From a virus (lineage: Duplodnaviria > Heunggongvirae > Uroviricota > Caudoviricetes): a stretch of 64,000 nt of DNA. The translations under genes were made by a program, and so were the position numbers. The stretch is from positions 8,024-72,023 of IMG/VR virus record IMGVR_UViG_3300046096_000174, one strand, 5' to 3'. The notes under the pieces were generated by a model. The model was not told where the DNA came from and did not search any database. It was given only the letters and a program-made list of their open reading frames with translations. Shown here piece by piece: positions 37,745 to 47,375 of this stretch. Within the stretch, counting starts at the first letter, position 1. Each line of letters opens with the position of its first letter.

Positions 37745-37753
37745 GGAGAATAT

Positions 37754-38248
37754 ATGAAACATTTAGAAGGTGATTTGATTGAATTAGCTCGTGCAGGGCA
37801 TTTCAACTATATCGTTCAAGGTTGCAATTGTTTTTGCACTATGGGTAAAGGTATCGCTAAACAAATTAAGAAAGAATTTCCTGCAGCTTATGCAGCCGAT
37901 TGCTTGACTTTCTATGGTGACCGTGCTAAACTCGGTACATACAGTATTATGTATGGCCCTATCACCGTTATCAATGCATACACTCAGTATGATTTTGCTA
38001 AAGGCTACGATGGTACTGGTGATTACTTCGAGTACGAAGCATTCCAAAAAGTCCTAGACCGTTTGGTTAAAGACCACGGTCACCGTGACTTCGGTTTTCC
38101 CTACATTGGTATGGGACTAGCTGGAGGTGATAGTAAACGCATTCTAGGTATGCTACAAGGCTTTGCAGATGCTGTTAAGCTTAAGGGAGGGTCAGTAACA
38201 TTAGTGAAGTACCCTATGAATAGAATTTTACGAAAGGAAACAGCTTGA
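37754..38248 (+). CDS. Macro domain protein (ADP-ribose / ADPR-1''-phosphate processing family)
   Basis: Macro signatures IVQGCNCFCTMGKGIA and GFPYIGMGLAGGD. Confidence 0.6.
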   Translation: MKHLEGDLIELARAGHFNYIVQGCNCFCTMGKGIAKQIKKEFPAAYAADCLTFYGDRAKLGTYSIMYGPITVINAYTQYDFAKGYDGTGDYFEYEAFQKVLDRLVKDHGHRDFGFPYIGMGLAGGDSKRILGMLQGFADAVKLKGGSVTLVKYPMNRILRKETA

Positions 38249-39144
38249 TTTCAGCTAAAATTATTGCCGACAGTTTTAACCCAACTTTCGATGCACGTAT
38301 TACAACTTTCGAATTGGTATACCCACGATTTATTCACGGTGAGTTAATGACCCACCGAGTATTCAGCCGCAATGCTGCAAGTTCTCGTGCTATTCCAATC
38401 GATAAGGTTATTGAGCTAGTCGAAGCAACTCCAGCTATGCCTGTGCATTGGGGTGCTAACCAAGCAGGTATGCAAGCCAAAGAAGAAGTCGTAGGTAAAG
38501 AACTAGCTAAGTTATTATGGCTTAATGCTCGTGATAGTGCCGTAGCTAACGCACGACTATTACAGAAGGCAGGACTGCATAAGCAGATTGTCAACCGTGT
38601 ATTGGAACCATTCCAACTCATTAAAACAATCGTCACTGCTACTCAATGGAATAACTGGTTTTGGTTGCGTGACCATGTGGATGCACAACCAGAGATTGCA
38701 GAATTAGCTGCAGTTATGGCTATTGCTTATGATGCAAGCGCACCAGAATTACTAGTTAATAACGAATGGCATGTACCTTACGTTAAAACATTGGTAAGTC
38801 CCTATCAAGGTCGTATCTATTTAGATGAACTTGATAACTACATTACTGTAGAAGAAGCGCGAATGATTAGTGCCAGCTGTTGCGCTCAGGTTAGCTATCG
38901 TAAGAATGATGGTAGCCTAGAGAAAGCTTCTATGGTATTTGACCGATTAATTAACTCAGTGCCAGTGCATGCTTCACCAGTTGAGCATATCGCTACACCG
39001 ATTCCTTATGAGAGTTTCGCAGGTGATTATTTAGATATTGAAGGTGTAACCCATATCGACAAGAATAATGTCCCACACAGCGGTAATTTTCATGGTTGGA
39101 TTCAATTCCGTCAGTTAATTCCTAACAACGTCAAAGCACTATGA
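38245..39144 (+). CDS. thyX: Flavin-dependent thymidylate synthase
   Basis: ThyX signature RHR-x7-S (MTHRVFSRNAASSRA). Confidence 0.75.
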   Translation: MISAKIIADSFNPTFDARITTFELVYPRFIHGELMTHRVFSRNAASSRAIPIDKVIELVEATPAMPVHWGANQAGMQAKEEVVGKELAKLLWLNARDSAVANARLLQKAGLHKQIVNRVLEPFQLIKTIVTATQWNNWFWLRDHVDAQPEIAELAAVMAIAYDASAPELLVNNEWHVPYVKTLVSPYQGRIYLDELDNYITVEEARMISASCCAQVSYRKNDGSLEKASMVFDRLINSVPVHASPVEHIATPIPYESFAGDYLDIEGVTHIDKNNVPHSGNFHGWIQFRQLIPNNVKAL

Positions 39145-39458
39145 AAAAAGAAAAACCATTAAGTACTAAGGAATTAATACGTATGGTTGCATCCTCTTCC
39201 AAATACCATGTGTACGAGGTGGAGGATGTTCTATCACATGCTATTGCTCACATCCAAGAAGCTGTTTCTAAGGGTAAAAGCGTAAAGCTGAGTGGTATTG
39301 GTACGTTAAGCCGAAAACTTTTTAAGCCAAGGTTTGTAACTTTAGATGGTAGACCTCCAGTTATGGTGTACAATATTGTCGGAATGTCTGTTAAACTAGA
39401 CGACACAATGAAACAACTCCTAAAGGAAAACTATGACAAAACCAGAGCAGACCAATAA
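39141..39458 (+). CDS. HU/IHF-like DNA-binding protein
   Basis: HU-family pattern ...VKLSGIGTLS...R.GR.P.... Confidence 0.5.
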   Translation: MKKEKPLSTKELIRMVASSSKYHVYEVEDVLSHAIAHIQEAVSKGKSVKLSGIGTLSRKLFKPRFVTLDGRPPVMVYNIVGMSVKLDDTMKQLLKENYDKTRADQ

Positions 39459-39581
39459 AGCTGTGTGGCCCTTCCCTACTAACAATGGTGTACGTACTCC
39501 AGAGAGCCAAGCCTTGTTAGACCAGAAGCGCCACTACACCACTAAGCCTGATTTATCAGATGTACCTGAGGCATTGTTCTA

Positions 39582-40073
39582 ATGGGTTTCGATTTCTCAA
39601 ATATTAAGCCAGAGGGTTACTATCTGCACTTAGATAAAATTGTAGCTGCTACAGACTTACCTGAGTTTATTATCCGAGCTGGTAAAGAGTTACAAGAAAG
39701 TGGTTACTTGACTGCAGGAGACTTCTTCGAGAAGCTTGATGATGTAGAGGTTCTACTCTTAGGTGTAATGATGGATTCAGTTAAAACTGATGACTTTCAA
39801 AACTACCGAGTAGATACCGCTGACGCAGAACGTAATCTGTATCACCTATCGCTGATATGCTTTGTGCTGGCGCTAGGGGAGGGCATTGTTGAGCTTGATA
39901 CTGACTTCATTCATGGAGCTATGCAAGCCTTATGGGTGCTGATTGCAGTCGAGAACATGTACAGGCGTGGAGCAGTCCAAGTCTTCAGGGAGAATTTCTC
40001 AGTAGTTGAGAGCTTTTATCCTGTAGCTAAAGTTATTACAGGAGGTAAGGATGAAAACACTAAGGGAGCTTGA
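39582..40073 (+). CDS. Hypothetical protein
   Basis: ORF. Confidence 0.35.
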   Translation: MGFDFSNIKPEGYYLHLDKIVAATDLPEFIIRAGKELQESGYLTAGDFFEKLDDVEVLLLGVMMDSVKTDDFQNYRVDTADAERNLYHLSLICFVLALGEGIVELDTDFIHGAMQALWVLIAVENMYRRGAVQVFRENFSVVESFYPVAKVITGGKDENTKGA

Positions 40074-40314
40074 GGTTGAAGCCTATCTAGCTGGAGCTTT
40101 AGTTGCTGCAGAGTTATACGCTCGTACAGAAGAGGCTGAAGCTAATAACAGTACTGCATTCACATCACAGTTGTGGGAAACTGAAAAGTACCAAAACCTT
40201 TTACGTTCTTGTGAAGAAGACCTAGAAGATGCTGAATATACAATCTTTAAGCTTAAAGGCAGACTAGAGGAATTAGAATTTGTGGCGTGGAGATTAGAAC
40301 AGCTTGAAAAATAA
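40051..40314 (+). CDS. Hypothetical coiled-coil protein
   Basis: ORF. Confidence 0.3.
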   Translation: MKTLRELEVEAYLAGALVAAELYARTEEAEANNSTAFTSQLWETEKYQNLLRSCEEDLEDAEYTIFKLKGRLEELEFVAWRLEQLEK

Positions 40315-40486
40315 AACTAAGAAAACCAAAAAATCTACAAAACTTGATGTATACTCAAACTTCTCTGAAGATGACTTGGGTTTTGTAACCGCACAAGATG
40401 AACGAGAAGCTATTGCACATGTGCTATACTCTCAGGAAAGAGAATTTTTTAACCATGAAAGGGAATACTATGACCAAAATCACTGA
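40304..40486 (+). CDS. Hypothetical small basic/acidic protein
   Basis: ORF overlapping both neighbours. Confidence 0.25.
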   Translation: MKNKTKKTKKSTKLDVYSNFSEDDLGFVTAQDEREAIAHVLYSQEREFFNHEREYYDQNH

Positions 40487-40688
40487 AGCAGAGTTCAAGA
40501 AAGCACTTGACGAAATCGTTACTGCTGGCTTAAACTCTTTGGATGTATCTGTTGTATTTGGACAACTAAGCATCACAAAACAATTTGTTGAAGTTGTTTA
40601 CGACACAAACGTGGTAAACTATCTCGAACGCATGAAACAAGAGCAAGCTGCAAAGCAAGCTCAGGCTCCAGATACTCCTGCAGCCTAA
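40470..40688 (+). CDS. Hypothetical protein (start at Met25 of the track ORF)
   Basis: ORF. Confidence 0.3.
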   Translation: MTKITEAEFKKALDEIVTAGLNSLDVSVVFGQLSITKQFVEVVYDTNVVNYLERMKQEQAAKQAQAPDTPAA

Positions 40689-41144
40689 TGGATGCTCAAG
40701 CGTTTGAGTGGAAACTGCAGCAACTAGTTCACGAGGCTAATGCTGCAGGTGTGCAAATTGATGATGTGTATAAGGCACTGAATGGTCAGGCTTTAATTGC
40801 TGAAACAATTTTAAAGTTAGAAATCGAACAAGCTTATAAAGAAAGGTTCAAATAATGCGTTATACTGTAAAATGGACAAACGGATATTGGAAGTCATTCG
40901 ATACCGTACAATACACAGATGTTGCTCTGCACTATCTGAAAACCGAAGCCGAAGCTAACGTAGCTCGTCTTAACAACCGTTAATTAAAGGACTCCTAAAA
41001 TGCAAACCTCTTACCTTCAAAACAACAAGGGCAAGAAGAAACGCTTTGATGATGCTGGATACGAAGAGTATCAAGGCAACCAGAAGAAACGCAAGAAGAA
41101 AGATTTTTCTCAACAACGTCAAACTAAACGTGGAGAAATGCTCT

Positions 41145-41699
41145 ATGCATGAATCCACCAAAAGTGATTCTCTGTACTTTGCAGCGTGTGTTTGCATTTT
41201 AGGTGCTGTATTAGTTTTCTTAGCTTTACAGCTTAACGGTGTTATGGTAAAGCAGAACGAACAAGAGGTAGTCATGCAAGAGTTTAAAAACTCAGAGCGT
41301 GATTGCTTGATTGCTGCTTTATACCATGAAGCTCGTAGCGAAGGTAAGTTAGGTCTTGAGGCTGTAGCTTCGGTTATCTATAATCGTAAGAATCATCCTT
41401 ACTTTCCTACTACTTACTGTGGTATTACCAACCAGTACAAACAGTTCAGCTATACATTATTGGATAAACCCTTTGGTGAACAGCTAGAAGCCCTTGTACC
41501 GCCTTACGAAGGTAAAGTCTATGGCGAGATATTGGTTCTTGCTGAAAGCATGGTTAATGACCGTTTTAAAGCTACCTTGCCATCCTCTGTGATGTGGTAT
41601 ACTACCAAAAAGGTCAGTAACAAGTGGACTAAGAAAAAGCAAGTAGTAGCTGAGATTGGTAAACATCGTTTTTATGCAGACAAGAAAGGTAAAATCTAA
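41145..41699 (+). CDS. Membrane-anchored SleB-like cell-wall hydrolase (Hydrolase_2 family)
   Basis: N-terminal TM helix, then the SleB signature CLIAALYHEARSEGKLGLEAVASVIYNR. Confidence 0.55.
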   Translation: MHESTKSDSLYFAACVCILGAVLVFLALQLNGVMVKQNEQEVVMQEFKNSERDCLIAALYHEARSEGKLGLEAVASVIYNRKNHPYFPTTYCGITNQYKQFSYTLLDKPFGEQLEALVPPYEGKVYGEILVLAESMVNDRFKATLPSSVMWYTTKKVSNKWTKKKQVVAEIGKHRFYADKKGKI

Positions 41700-42013
41700 T
41701 GATTAAACGTAAGGTCCGAGTGACTATTGAAAAAGATATTGAAATTCGGTTGCATCCTGCCTATGATGACCCTGAGTTTGTTGCAAATGAAATCAAAGAA
41801 TTTAGTGAGACTTTTCATAAGGTCGATTCATTAGATGATATCATTCTTTATCTTGCAGAAAATGTAGCCAGATTTGGTACAGAGTACTTTATCGAAGGTA
41901 TCGGTCGTGCGGTAGAGTTCTATGATGCGAATAAACTGGATGATAAACACGACTATTCAAATACTGCAGCTGTTCGTATGGAAGATACTGACATTCAATC
42001 GGAGTTTATCTAA
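41699..42013 (+). CDS. Hypothetical protein
   Basis: ATGA-coupled ORF. Confidence 0.35.
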   Translation: MIKRKVRVTIEKDIEIRLHPAYDDPEFVANEIKEFSETFHKVDSLDDIILYLAENVARFGTEYFIEGIGRAVEFYDANKLDDKHDYSNTAAVRMEDTDIQSEFI

Positions 42014-42312
42014 TGCTTAATTCTCGCATTATCTGTGCAGCTAATCGCGTAACTTTAACCAATGCAACAACTATTCTATTAGTTGGTCCAAGGCATTGGG
42101 ATAAAACCATGCATAATAGCTTTGATAATATGAATCCTTATGATTATGCTATTGAATACGAAGTACAAGGTTTCATTGACCAGTTTGGCAATTTCTATGA
42201 TAGAGAAGATGCATGGGTTATCGCTGAAACCAATGGTCAAATCTATCGCCGAGTAGGTGGTGATACAACCTTGGATGGTAAAGGACGTTTGTTCTCAGAG
42301 AATCTTTACTAA
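42013..42312 (+). CDS. Hypothetical protein
   Basis: ATGA-coupled ORF. Confidence 0.35.
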   Translation: MLNSRIICAANRVTLTNATTILLVGPRHWDKTMHNSFDNMNPYDYAIEYEVQGFIDQFGNFYDREDAWVIAETNGQIYRRVGGDTTLDGKGRLFSENLY

Positions 42313-42380
42313 GTTGTAGGGTTATTAGCATAGGTCTAAAAATCTATGCTATACTCTCTTCATCTTAACAAGGAGTTGAT

Positions 42381-42833
42381 ATGAAAACAGTTCTTTCCGT
42401 TGACCGTGGTGTTACCTCTACCGCTGAATCAAGTGACTGCACAGTACGTGCTTTGGCTAATGCAGCTGATGTACCGTATGATGTAGCTCACCGTGTTCTC
42501 AAGAAGCATGGTCGTAAAGACCGCTGTGGTGCTACATTCAAAACACTGCATGCAGCCTATGAAGAGTGTGGTTTTCGTTTGGTTAGTTTACACGGTGATG
42601 GTAAACGCGCTCGTTTTGCTGCTCGTCACACTGGTACTGAACATGCTCGTAAGTGGCAGGACGGTATCACCTTTGGTAAGCTGGTAGAATCACTGCCGCC
42701 ATATGGTGAGTACATCATCAACGTAACAGGTCATGCTGTTGCAGTCGTTAACGGTAAGGTTATCGATACCTTTAATAACAACGCTCGTAAGCGTGTTGTT
42801 GCTGTCTATAAACGTATTAACTTTGGAGAATAA
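42381..42833 (+). CDS. Hypothetical protein
   Basis: Preceded by the conserved promoter-RBS block (42336..42380). Confidence 0.4.
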   Translation: MKTVLSVDRGVTSTAESSDCTVRALANAADVPYDVAHRVLKKHGRKDRCGATFKTLHAAYEECGFRLVSLHGDGKRARFAARHTGTEHARKWQDGITFGKLVESLPPYGEYIINVTGHAVAVVNGKVIDTFNNNARKRVVAVYKRINFGE

Positions 42834-42834
42834 T

Positions 42835-43182
42835 ATGCCATTAAAACCTAGTCAAGCTTTGTTGCGTGTGAAGTCTATGTTGCCTACTACCGTTGAGGAT
42901 TACGATATTGATAGTGATGAGTCACCATACATTTGTGATAATATTCAAGAGTTATATCGTAAGGGTAAGATTGATGTAGAAACAAAAGATTTACTACATA
43001 ATCATATCAAGACTTTACTTGACGATAGATTTTCACTAAGTAGCTGGTTAACTGGTAATGGTTATATCACACCAGAACAATTAGCGGAAGATTTGAAGAA
43101 TAATAATGGTGAAATGTTGCAGTATACTCGCCAAAATTGGTTGAATGATATGCACTTCTACTTTAAATCGAAAGGTATGTAA
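42835..43182 (+). CDS. Hypothetical protein (start at Met35 of track ORF 42733..43182)
   Basis: RBS GGAG before the ATG at 42835. Confidence 0.4.
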   Translation: MPLKPSQALLRVKSMLPTTVEDYDIDSDESPYICDNIQELYRKGKIDVETKDLLHNHIKTLLDDRFSLSSWLTGNGYITPEQLAEDLKNNNGEMLQYTRQNWLNDMHFYFKSKGM

Positions 43183-43376
43183 TGACTAAATGCCGCATCT
43201 TAAAGAAACAGATTTCAGGTTATGCTCCTACGTATGAGTTTCAAGTTCGTGGTTTTCTATACCTCTGGTTTATGCAGGTATGGAGTACTGACTTAGGTTG
43301 CATTGAACGCTATCGAGATAACTACATTAAAAATTTAGTGCCTGATGAACCATTAGGCGTAATTTGGGAGAATTAA
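43182..43376 (+). CDS. Hypothetical protein
   Basis: ORF. Confidence 0.3.
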   Translation: MTKCRILKKQISGYAPTYEFQVRGFLYLWFMQVWSTDLGCIERYRDNYIKNLVPDEPLGVIWEN

Positions 43377-43613
43377 ATGGCACATGACGCAGGTAAAGGG
43401 GCAAAGCCCCGTCCATTCGGTGTTAGTCAAGAAGACTATACCAACAACTTAGCTACCATCCTAGGTAACTCTCGTCCAGATTCACTAGATGATGAAGATG
43501 AAGATGCTGACTGCAAGGTATGTGGCGGTCCAATGTACACGCAGATTCATTGGCGTTATAGCTATTGTGACGACTGTGGTGCAAGTATTAAGAAGGAGCC
43601 AATGGAACCATGA
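43377..43613 (+). CDS. Zinc-ribbon protein (CKVCGG...CDDCG)
   Basis: Two CxxC pairs. Confidence 0.35.
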   Translation: MAHDAGKGAKPRPFGVSQEDYTNNLATILGNSRPDSLDDEDEDADCKVCGGPMYTQIHWRYSYCDDCGASIKKEPMEP

Positions 43614-43846
43614 CACAAGATGAAGAAACAGGTGGACCTGCCTTTCCAATTGACCGCCTAGCAGTCAACAAAGAGTTTGGTTCTAGCGGTATGACGCTAC
43701 GAGACTACATTGCTATCGAAGCTATGACTGCTTTGCTAAATATCCACGGTGATGTTTCACGCATCACTGATTCTGATGGTTGGGTTCGTTTGCATATTCG
43801 TGCTTATGAACATGCTGATATGATGCTTAGTGCCAGAACTAAATAA
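43610..43846 (+). CDS. Hypothetical protein
   Basis: ORF. Confidence 0.35.
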   Translation: MTQDEETGGPAFPIDRLAVNKEFGSSGMTLRDYIAIEAMTALLNIHGDVSRITDSDGWVRLHIRAYEHADMMLSARTK

Positions 43847-43856
43847 TACTTGACTT

Positions 43857-43888
43857 CCCTGTATGGTTAACGCCATGCAGGGATTTTT
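43857..43888 (+). terminator. Rho-independent terminator, followed by the extended -10 promoter TGTTATACT (43893..43898)
   Basis: 10-bp stem CCCTGTATGG/CCATGCAGGG with a ttaacg loop, then ATTTTT. Confidence 0.6.
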
Positions 43889-43929
43889 CTGTTATACTTC
43901 TTGCATCGACAAACACACAGGAGTTTAAA

Positions 43930-44217
43930 ATGTCAAAGGTTTACAAGTTCTACGCAGATGCAGGTCACGGTTGGTTGGCAGTTAAGACTGCAGAGTTGCA
44001 CGACTTAGGTATCTTTAACGATATTACTTTGTACAGCTACGTCAAAGGTCAGACTACGTATCTCGAAGAAGACTATGATATGTATTTGTTCTCAAAAGCC
44101 TACGAAGCCAAGTACAATAAGAAGCCTGACTACCTCTACAAGAATGTAGGCGATGTTAGTCCCATCCGTAGCTATCAACGCTTCCCTTCTCAGGTTCGCA
44201 ACTATAGGGGTCTATAA
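43930..44217 (+). CDS. Hypothetical protein
   Basis: RBS AGGAG. ORF. Confidence 0.4.
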   Translation: MSKVYKFYADAGHGWLAVKTAELHDLGIFNDITLYSYVKGQTTYLEEDYDMYLFSKAYEAKYNKKPDYLYKNVGDVSPIRSYQRFPSQVRNYRGL

Positions 44218-44477
44218 TGCAACAAAATGAAGGTATCCCACCAATTCTAAAAGTAGCTTCTATGCTAGGAATTACCTTGCTGAATGAAGATGCTGCTAAG
44301 TTGTTGCATATACTTGAGGTAATCAAATCCTCGCATTACAATGCTGGTATTATGGCTGAACGCCAACGCTGCCTTAAAATCTGCGAGGATAATGCAAATT
44401 CAGGAGAAATTTGGTGGGATTCTGCTATGGGTTTCTTGACTGAAAAAATCAAAGGAGTTGATAATGAAACTAGCTGA
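44217..44477 (+). CDS. Hypothetical protein
   Basis: ORF. Confidence 0.35.
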   Translation: MQQNEGIPPILKVASMLGITLLNEDAAKLLHILEVIKSSHYNAGIMAERQRCLKICEDNANSGEIWWDSAMGFLTEKIKGVDNETS

Positions 44478-44646
44478 TAAATACTTTGCTCATCTTCTTG
44501 CAGGTAATTCAGATGCTGCATTTATTCTAGAGTGCAAGTTCGGTTTGGCTGGATATCCACCTGAGTTAGTATCTGTCGCTTTAAAAGCAATTGATGCTGG
44601 TGAAGACCCATTAGAAGCTATCATTAAGCACACAGGACTAGATTAA
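44458..44646 (+). CDS. Hypothetical protein
   Basis: ORF. Confidence 0.3.
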   Translation: MIMKLADKYFAHLLAGNSDAAFILECKFGLAGYPPELVSVALKAIDAGEDPLEAIIKHTGLD

Positions 44647-44861
44647 TGCCAGACAAGAGAGTTCACCTAAGTAGTTCTTGTACTCTAGAGTTCTATCAGT
44701 GGAATGAAAACCATAAGGATGTTTGCCTTGAGTACGTAGAGCATTCAAGCGACCATTGGCATTCTGATAGTCAAACCTCGATTGATATTGATATTAACTT
44801 AGCACAAGAGATTGTCAAGTTATTACTAACAGCTTTCCCTGAATTAAAGGAGATTAAATGA
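44646..44861 (+). CDS. Hypothetical protein
   Basis: ORF. Confidence 0.3.
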   Translation: MPDKRVHLSSSCTLEFYQWNENHKDVCLEYVEHSSDHWHSDSQTSIDIDINLAQEIVKLLLTAFPELKEIK

Positions 44862-45082
44862 GCCATGAACTAGCAGAAACCGAATGGAAAGGTATGCCTG
44901 AGTTCGTACAAGACAAGCAAGAACCCTATGCTAAGATTATCATTCGCTTTCGCAATCAAGAAGACTTAGACGAGTTTGCTAACCTAGTCGGTCAAAAGCT
45001 TACAGCTAAAACCAAAAGCATGTGGCATCCGTTCTTAGAGCGAGGTATCAACGCGAATAAAAGGTACGTAGATGAATCCTAA
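44858..45082 (+). CDS. Hypothetical protein
   Basis: ORF. Confidence 0.3.
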   Translation: MSHELAETEWKGMPEFVQDKQEPYAKIIIRFRNQEDLDEFANLVGQKLTAKTKSMWHPFLERGINANKRYVDES

Positions 45083-45941
45083 ATATCCTATTTACATTGT
45101 ATCTAAGGGAAGGGCACATACTCGGTTGACTAGCAAGGCGCTAGAACGCATGCAAGTGCCCTACAGCATCGTTGTTGAAGAGCAGGAATACCTAGAGTAC
45201 TCCAAGGTAATTGACCCCTCTAAAATCCTCGTATTACCGCAGAGCTGGTTGGACGAATACGATACGTGTGATGACTTGGGTAATACGCTGAGTAAGGGAC
45301 CGGGAGCAGCGCGGAACTTCTGCTGGTGGCATGCAAAGCACCTAGGGGCTAAACGTCATTGGGTTATGGACGATAACCTAGATGCTTTCCATCGCCTAAA
45401 CCATAACATGAAAGTTGTGGTAGAAACTGGCTCATGTTTTAAAGCAGCCGAGGATTTTGTTGACCGTTATACCAATGTTCCGTTAGCTGGTTTTAACTAC
45501 TACTCGTTTGCGAAAGCTACAGATAAAGTACCACCTTTTATTGCAAATACCCGTATCTACTCTTGTCTCTTGATTGAAAATTCTGCACCGTATTACTGGC
45601 GTGGACGCTACAATGAAGATACGGACTTATCCCTACGGATATTGAAGGATGGATGGTGTACAATTCAATTCAATGCATTCTTGCAGGGTAAGGTAACTAC
45701 GCAGCGCATGCGTGGAGGAAATACCGAAGAGTTCTATCGTCACGAAGGCACTAAGAACAAATCACAGATGCTGGTGGACTTACATCCAGATGTAACCGAG
45801 CTGGTATGGAAGTTCAACCGTTGGCATCATCATGTTGATTACAGGCCATTCAAAAATAATCTGTTGATTAAACGCGAAAGTCTAGAAATCTCTGATACAA
45901 TCGACAACTACGGAATGAAACTAATTGAAAGGACAAGATAA
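45072..45941 (+). CDS. Hypothetical protein with a DxD-like motif (possible nucleotide-sugar/glycosyltransferase-like fold)
   Basis: IYIVSKGRA...HWVMDDNLDAF (DxD). Weak; no family assignment possible by eye. Confidence 0.35.
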   Translation: MNPKYPIYIVSKGRAHTRLTSKALERMQVPYSIVVEEQEYLEYSKVIDPSKILVLPQSWLDEYDTCDDLGNTLSKGPGAARNFCWWHAKHLGAKRHWVMDDNLDAFHRLNHNMKVVVETGSCFKAAEDFVDRYTNVPLAGFNYYSFAKATDKVPPFIANTRIYSCLLIENSAPYYWRGRYNEDTDLSLRILKDGWCTIQFNAFLQGKVTTQRMRGGNTEEFYRHEGTKNKSQMLVDLHPDVTELVWKFNRWHHHVDYRPFKNNLLIKRESLEISDTIDNYGMKLIERTR

Positions 45942-46162
45942 TGCAAACTATGAAAATTATTGCCACTGGCTTACCTGCTAGTGTAGAAGACTATCAACTG
46001 GCCCTCAATGCCGCTTTCGCTGGTGGTGCTGCTTACGGTACAGCTAAAGAACGAGAAGAATGTGCAAAGTTAGCACAGCAAACAATTTGTGATACCCATA
46101 CCCCAACAGGTGTAAATATCTATGGCACACGAGTAGCTAAATTAATTCGAGCAAGAGGTTAA
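45941..46162 (+). CDS. Hypothetical protein
   Basis: ORF. Confidence 0.3.
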   Translation: MQTMKIIATGLPASVEDYQLALNAAFAGGAAYGTAKEREECAKLAQQTICDTHTPTGVNIYGTRVAKLIRARG

Positions 46163-46164
46163 AC

Positions 46165-46386
46165 ATGTCTAAACAAACTACATTCAAAGTCACGATGGAA
46201 GTACGTAATTTCGATTCTATCGGTATCTTCGAGAAGAAACCTTTGCTAATCTGTGCAGAGAATAGCCAAGAGGCTACACAGAAAGCTGTAGCATATGCTA
46301 ATATCTTAGGTATGGAAACCCGATTTGTTTTGTCGGTTATTGAACATCCAGAAGAAGTGTGCTATACTCACCACTACAACAACTGA
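46165..46386 (+). CDS. Hypothetical protein
   Basis: ORF. Confidence 0.3.
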   Translation: MSKQTTFKVTMEVRNFDSIGIFEKKPLLICAENSQEATQKAVAYANILGMETRFVLSVIEHPEEVCYTHHYNN

Positions 46387-46399
46387 TTGAAAGACTAAT

Positions 46400-46693
46400 A
46401 TGCTCGTAGAGGCTCCTAAGTGCAAGTTTAATGAAGGTTCTAACTTTGACCGTACTGGTCAGTGGATTATCGCCAAATATCTCGACTGTGCTTGGGTAAC
46501 TGGCATTGTGCAGGATAGCCGTGTAAAATACGGTGGTAAGGTTCAGCATAGTATCATTACAGATTCTCCTACGTTTATCGGTGGAGCTGATGTAATTGAT
46601 GGTGTAGCTACACGCAGAGAAGAGCTTCGTAATATTGGGAGTACTTTCTTAATTGAAGAACAGCATGTAATGATTGCTCAGGAGGGTTTTTAA
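46400..46693 (+). CDS. Hypothetical protein
   Basis: ORF. Confidence 0.3.
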   Translation: MLVEAPKCKFNEGSNFDRTGQWIIAKYLDCAWVTGIVQDSRVKYGGKVQHSIITDSPTFIGGADVIDGVATRREELRNIGSTFLIEEQHVMIAQEGF

Positions 46694-46876
46694 ATGAAAC
46701 ATGATACACTTATATTTAGTATGTGCCTAGTCTCTGCACTCGTTGCAATGGCTATTCAATCTGCGTGTGAACCTAAATGGATTGACCATGCACGTAAATC
46801 TAAGGCAGAATGCGAAGAAAACATTCCACGTAAAGAGGCATGTGTAGCAGTGTTCTTTCCACGTTCAAAGGATTGA
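46694..46876 (+). CDS. Small secreted Cys-containing protein (signal peptide)
   Basis: Signal peptide LVSALVAMAIQSAC and 4 Cys. Confidence 0.3.
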   Translation: MKHDTLIFSMCLVSALVAMAIQSACEPKWIDHARKSKAECEENIPRKEACVAVFFPRSKD

Positions 46877-46877
46877 T

Positions 46878-47372
46878 ATGAATGAATTACTTATTACACC
46901 TTTAATGGAACAGCAGATGTTCGATGATTGGTGCCCTTACACTGGTAATCCAGACCCTCGTACAGTCTGGTCAGCTGCGATTGAAGCAGTAAACGGTCTT
47001 CATCTAACAGCATCACAACCAAAAGAGCCAGAGCAGGAGCCGCAGAAAGGTGGATGCACATGGTGCGGCGGTGATTGCCCACAATTTGAGTGCGACACAC
47101 ACAGCACTTGGATGAACGAGCCTGTGGCGTTTCTCCACGAGTGCAGAAAAAAGCCAGAGCTAAAAGTGCTTTCCTTTAAAAAGAATGCGCCAGAGCTTTC
47201 TACCAAGGGGTATAAAGCAACCCCTCTTGGCTACCTCACCTCACCACAGCGCAAGCCGCTGACAAGAGCAGTTGTGTGGAAGCTATGGTGCGATGCCAAG
47301 TTTGAAAGTGCTGGTTTCTTTTGGCTTGTATTTGCCCGAGCTATCGAAGCCGCCCACGGCATTAAGGAGTAA
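46878..47372 (+). CDS. Hypothetical Cys-rich protein
   Basis: GGCTWCGGDCPQFECD cluster. Confidence 0.35.
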   Translation: MNELLITPLMEQQMFDDWCPYTGNPDPRTVWSAAIEAVNGLHLTASQPKEPEQEPQKGGCTWCGGDCPQFECDTHSTWMNEPVAFLHECRKKPELKVLSFKKNAPELSTKGYKATPLGYLTSPQRKPLTRAVVWKLWCDAKFESAGFFWLVFARAIEAAHGIKE

Positions 47373-47375
47373 GAC

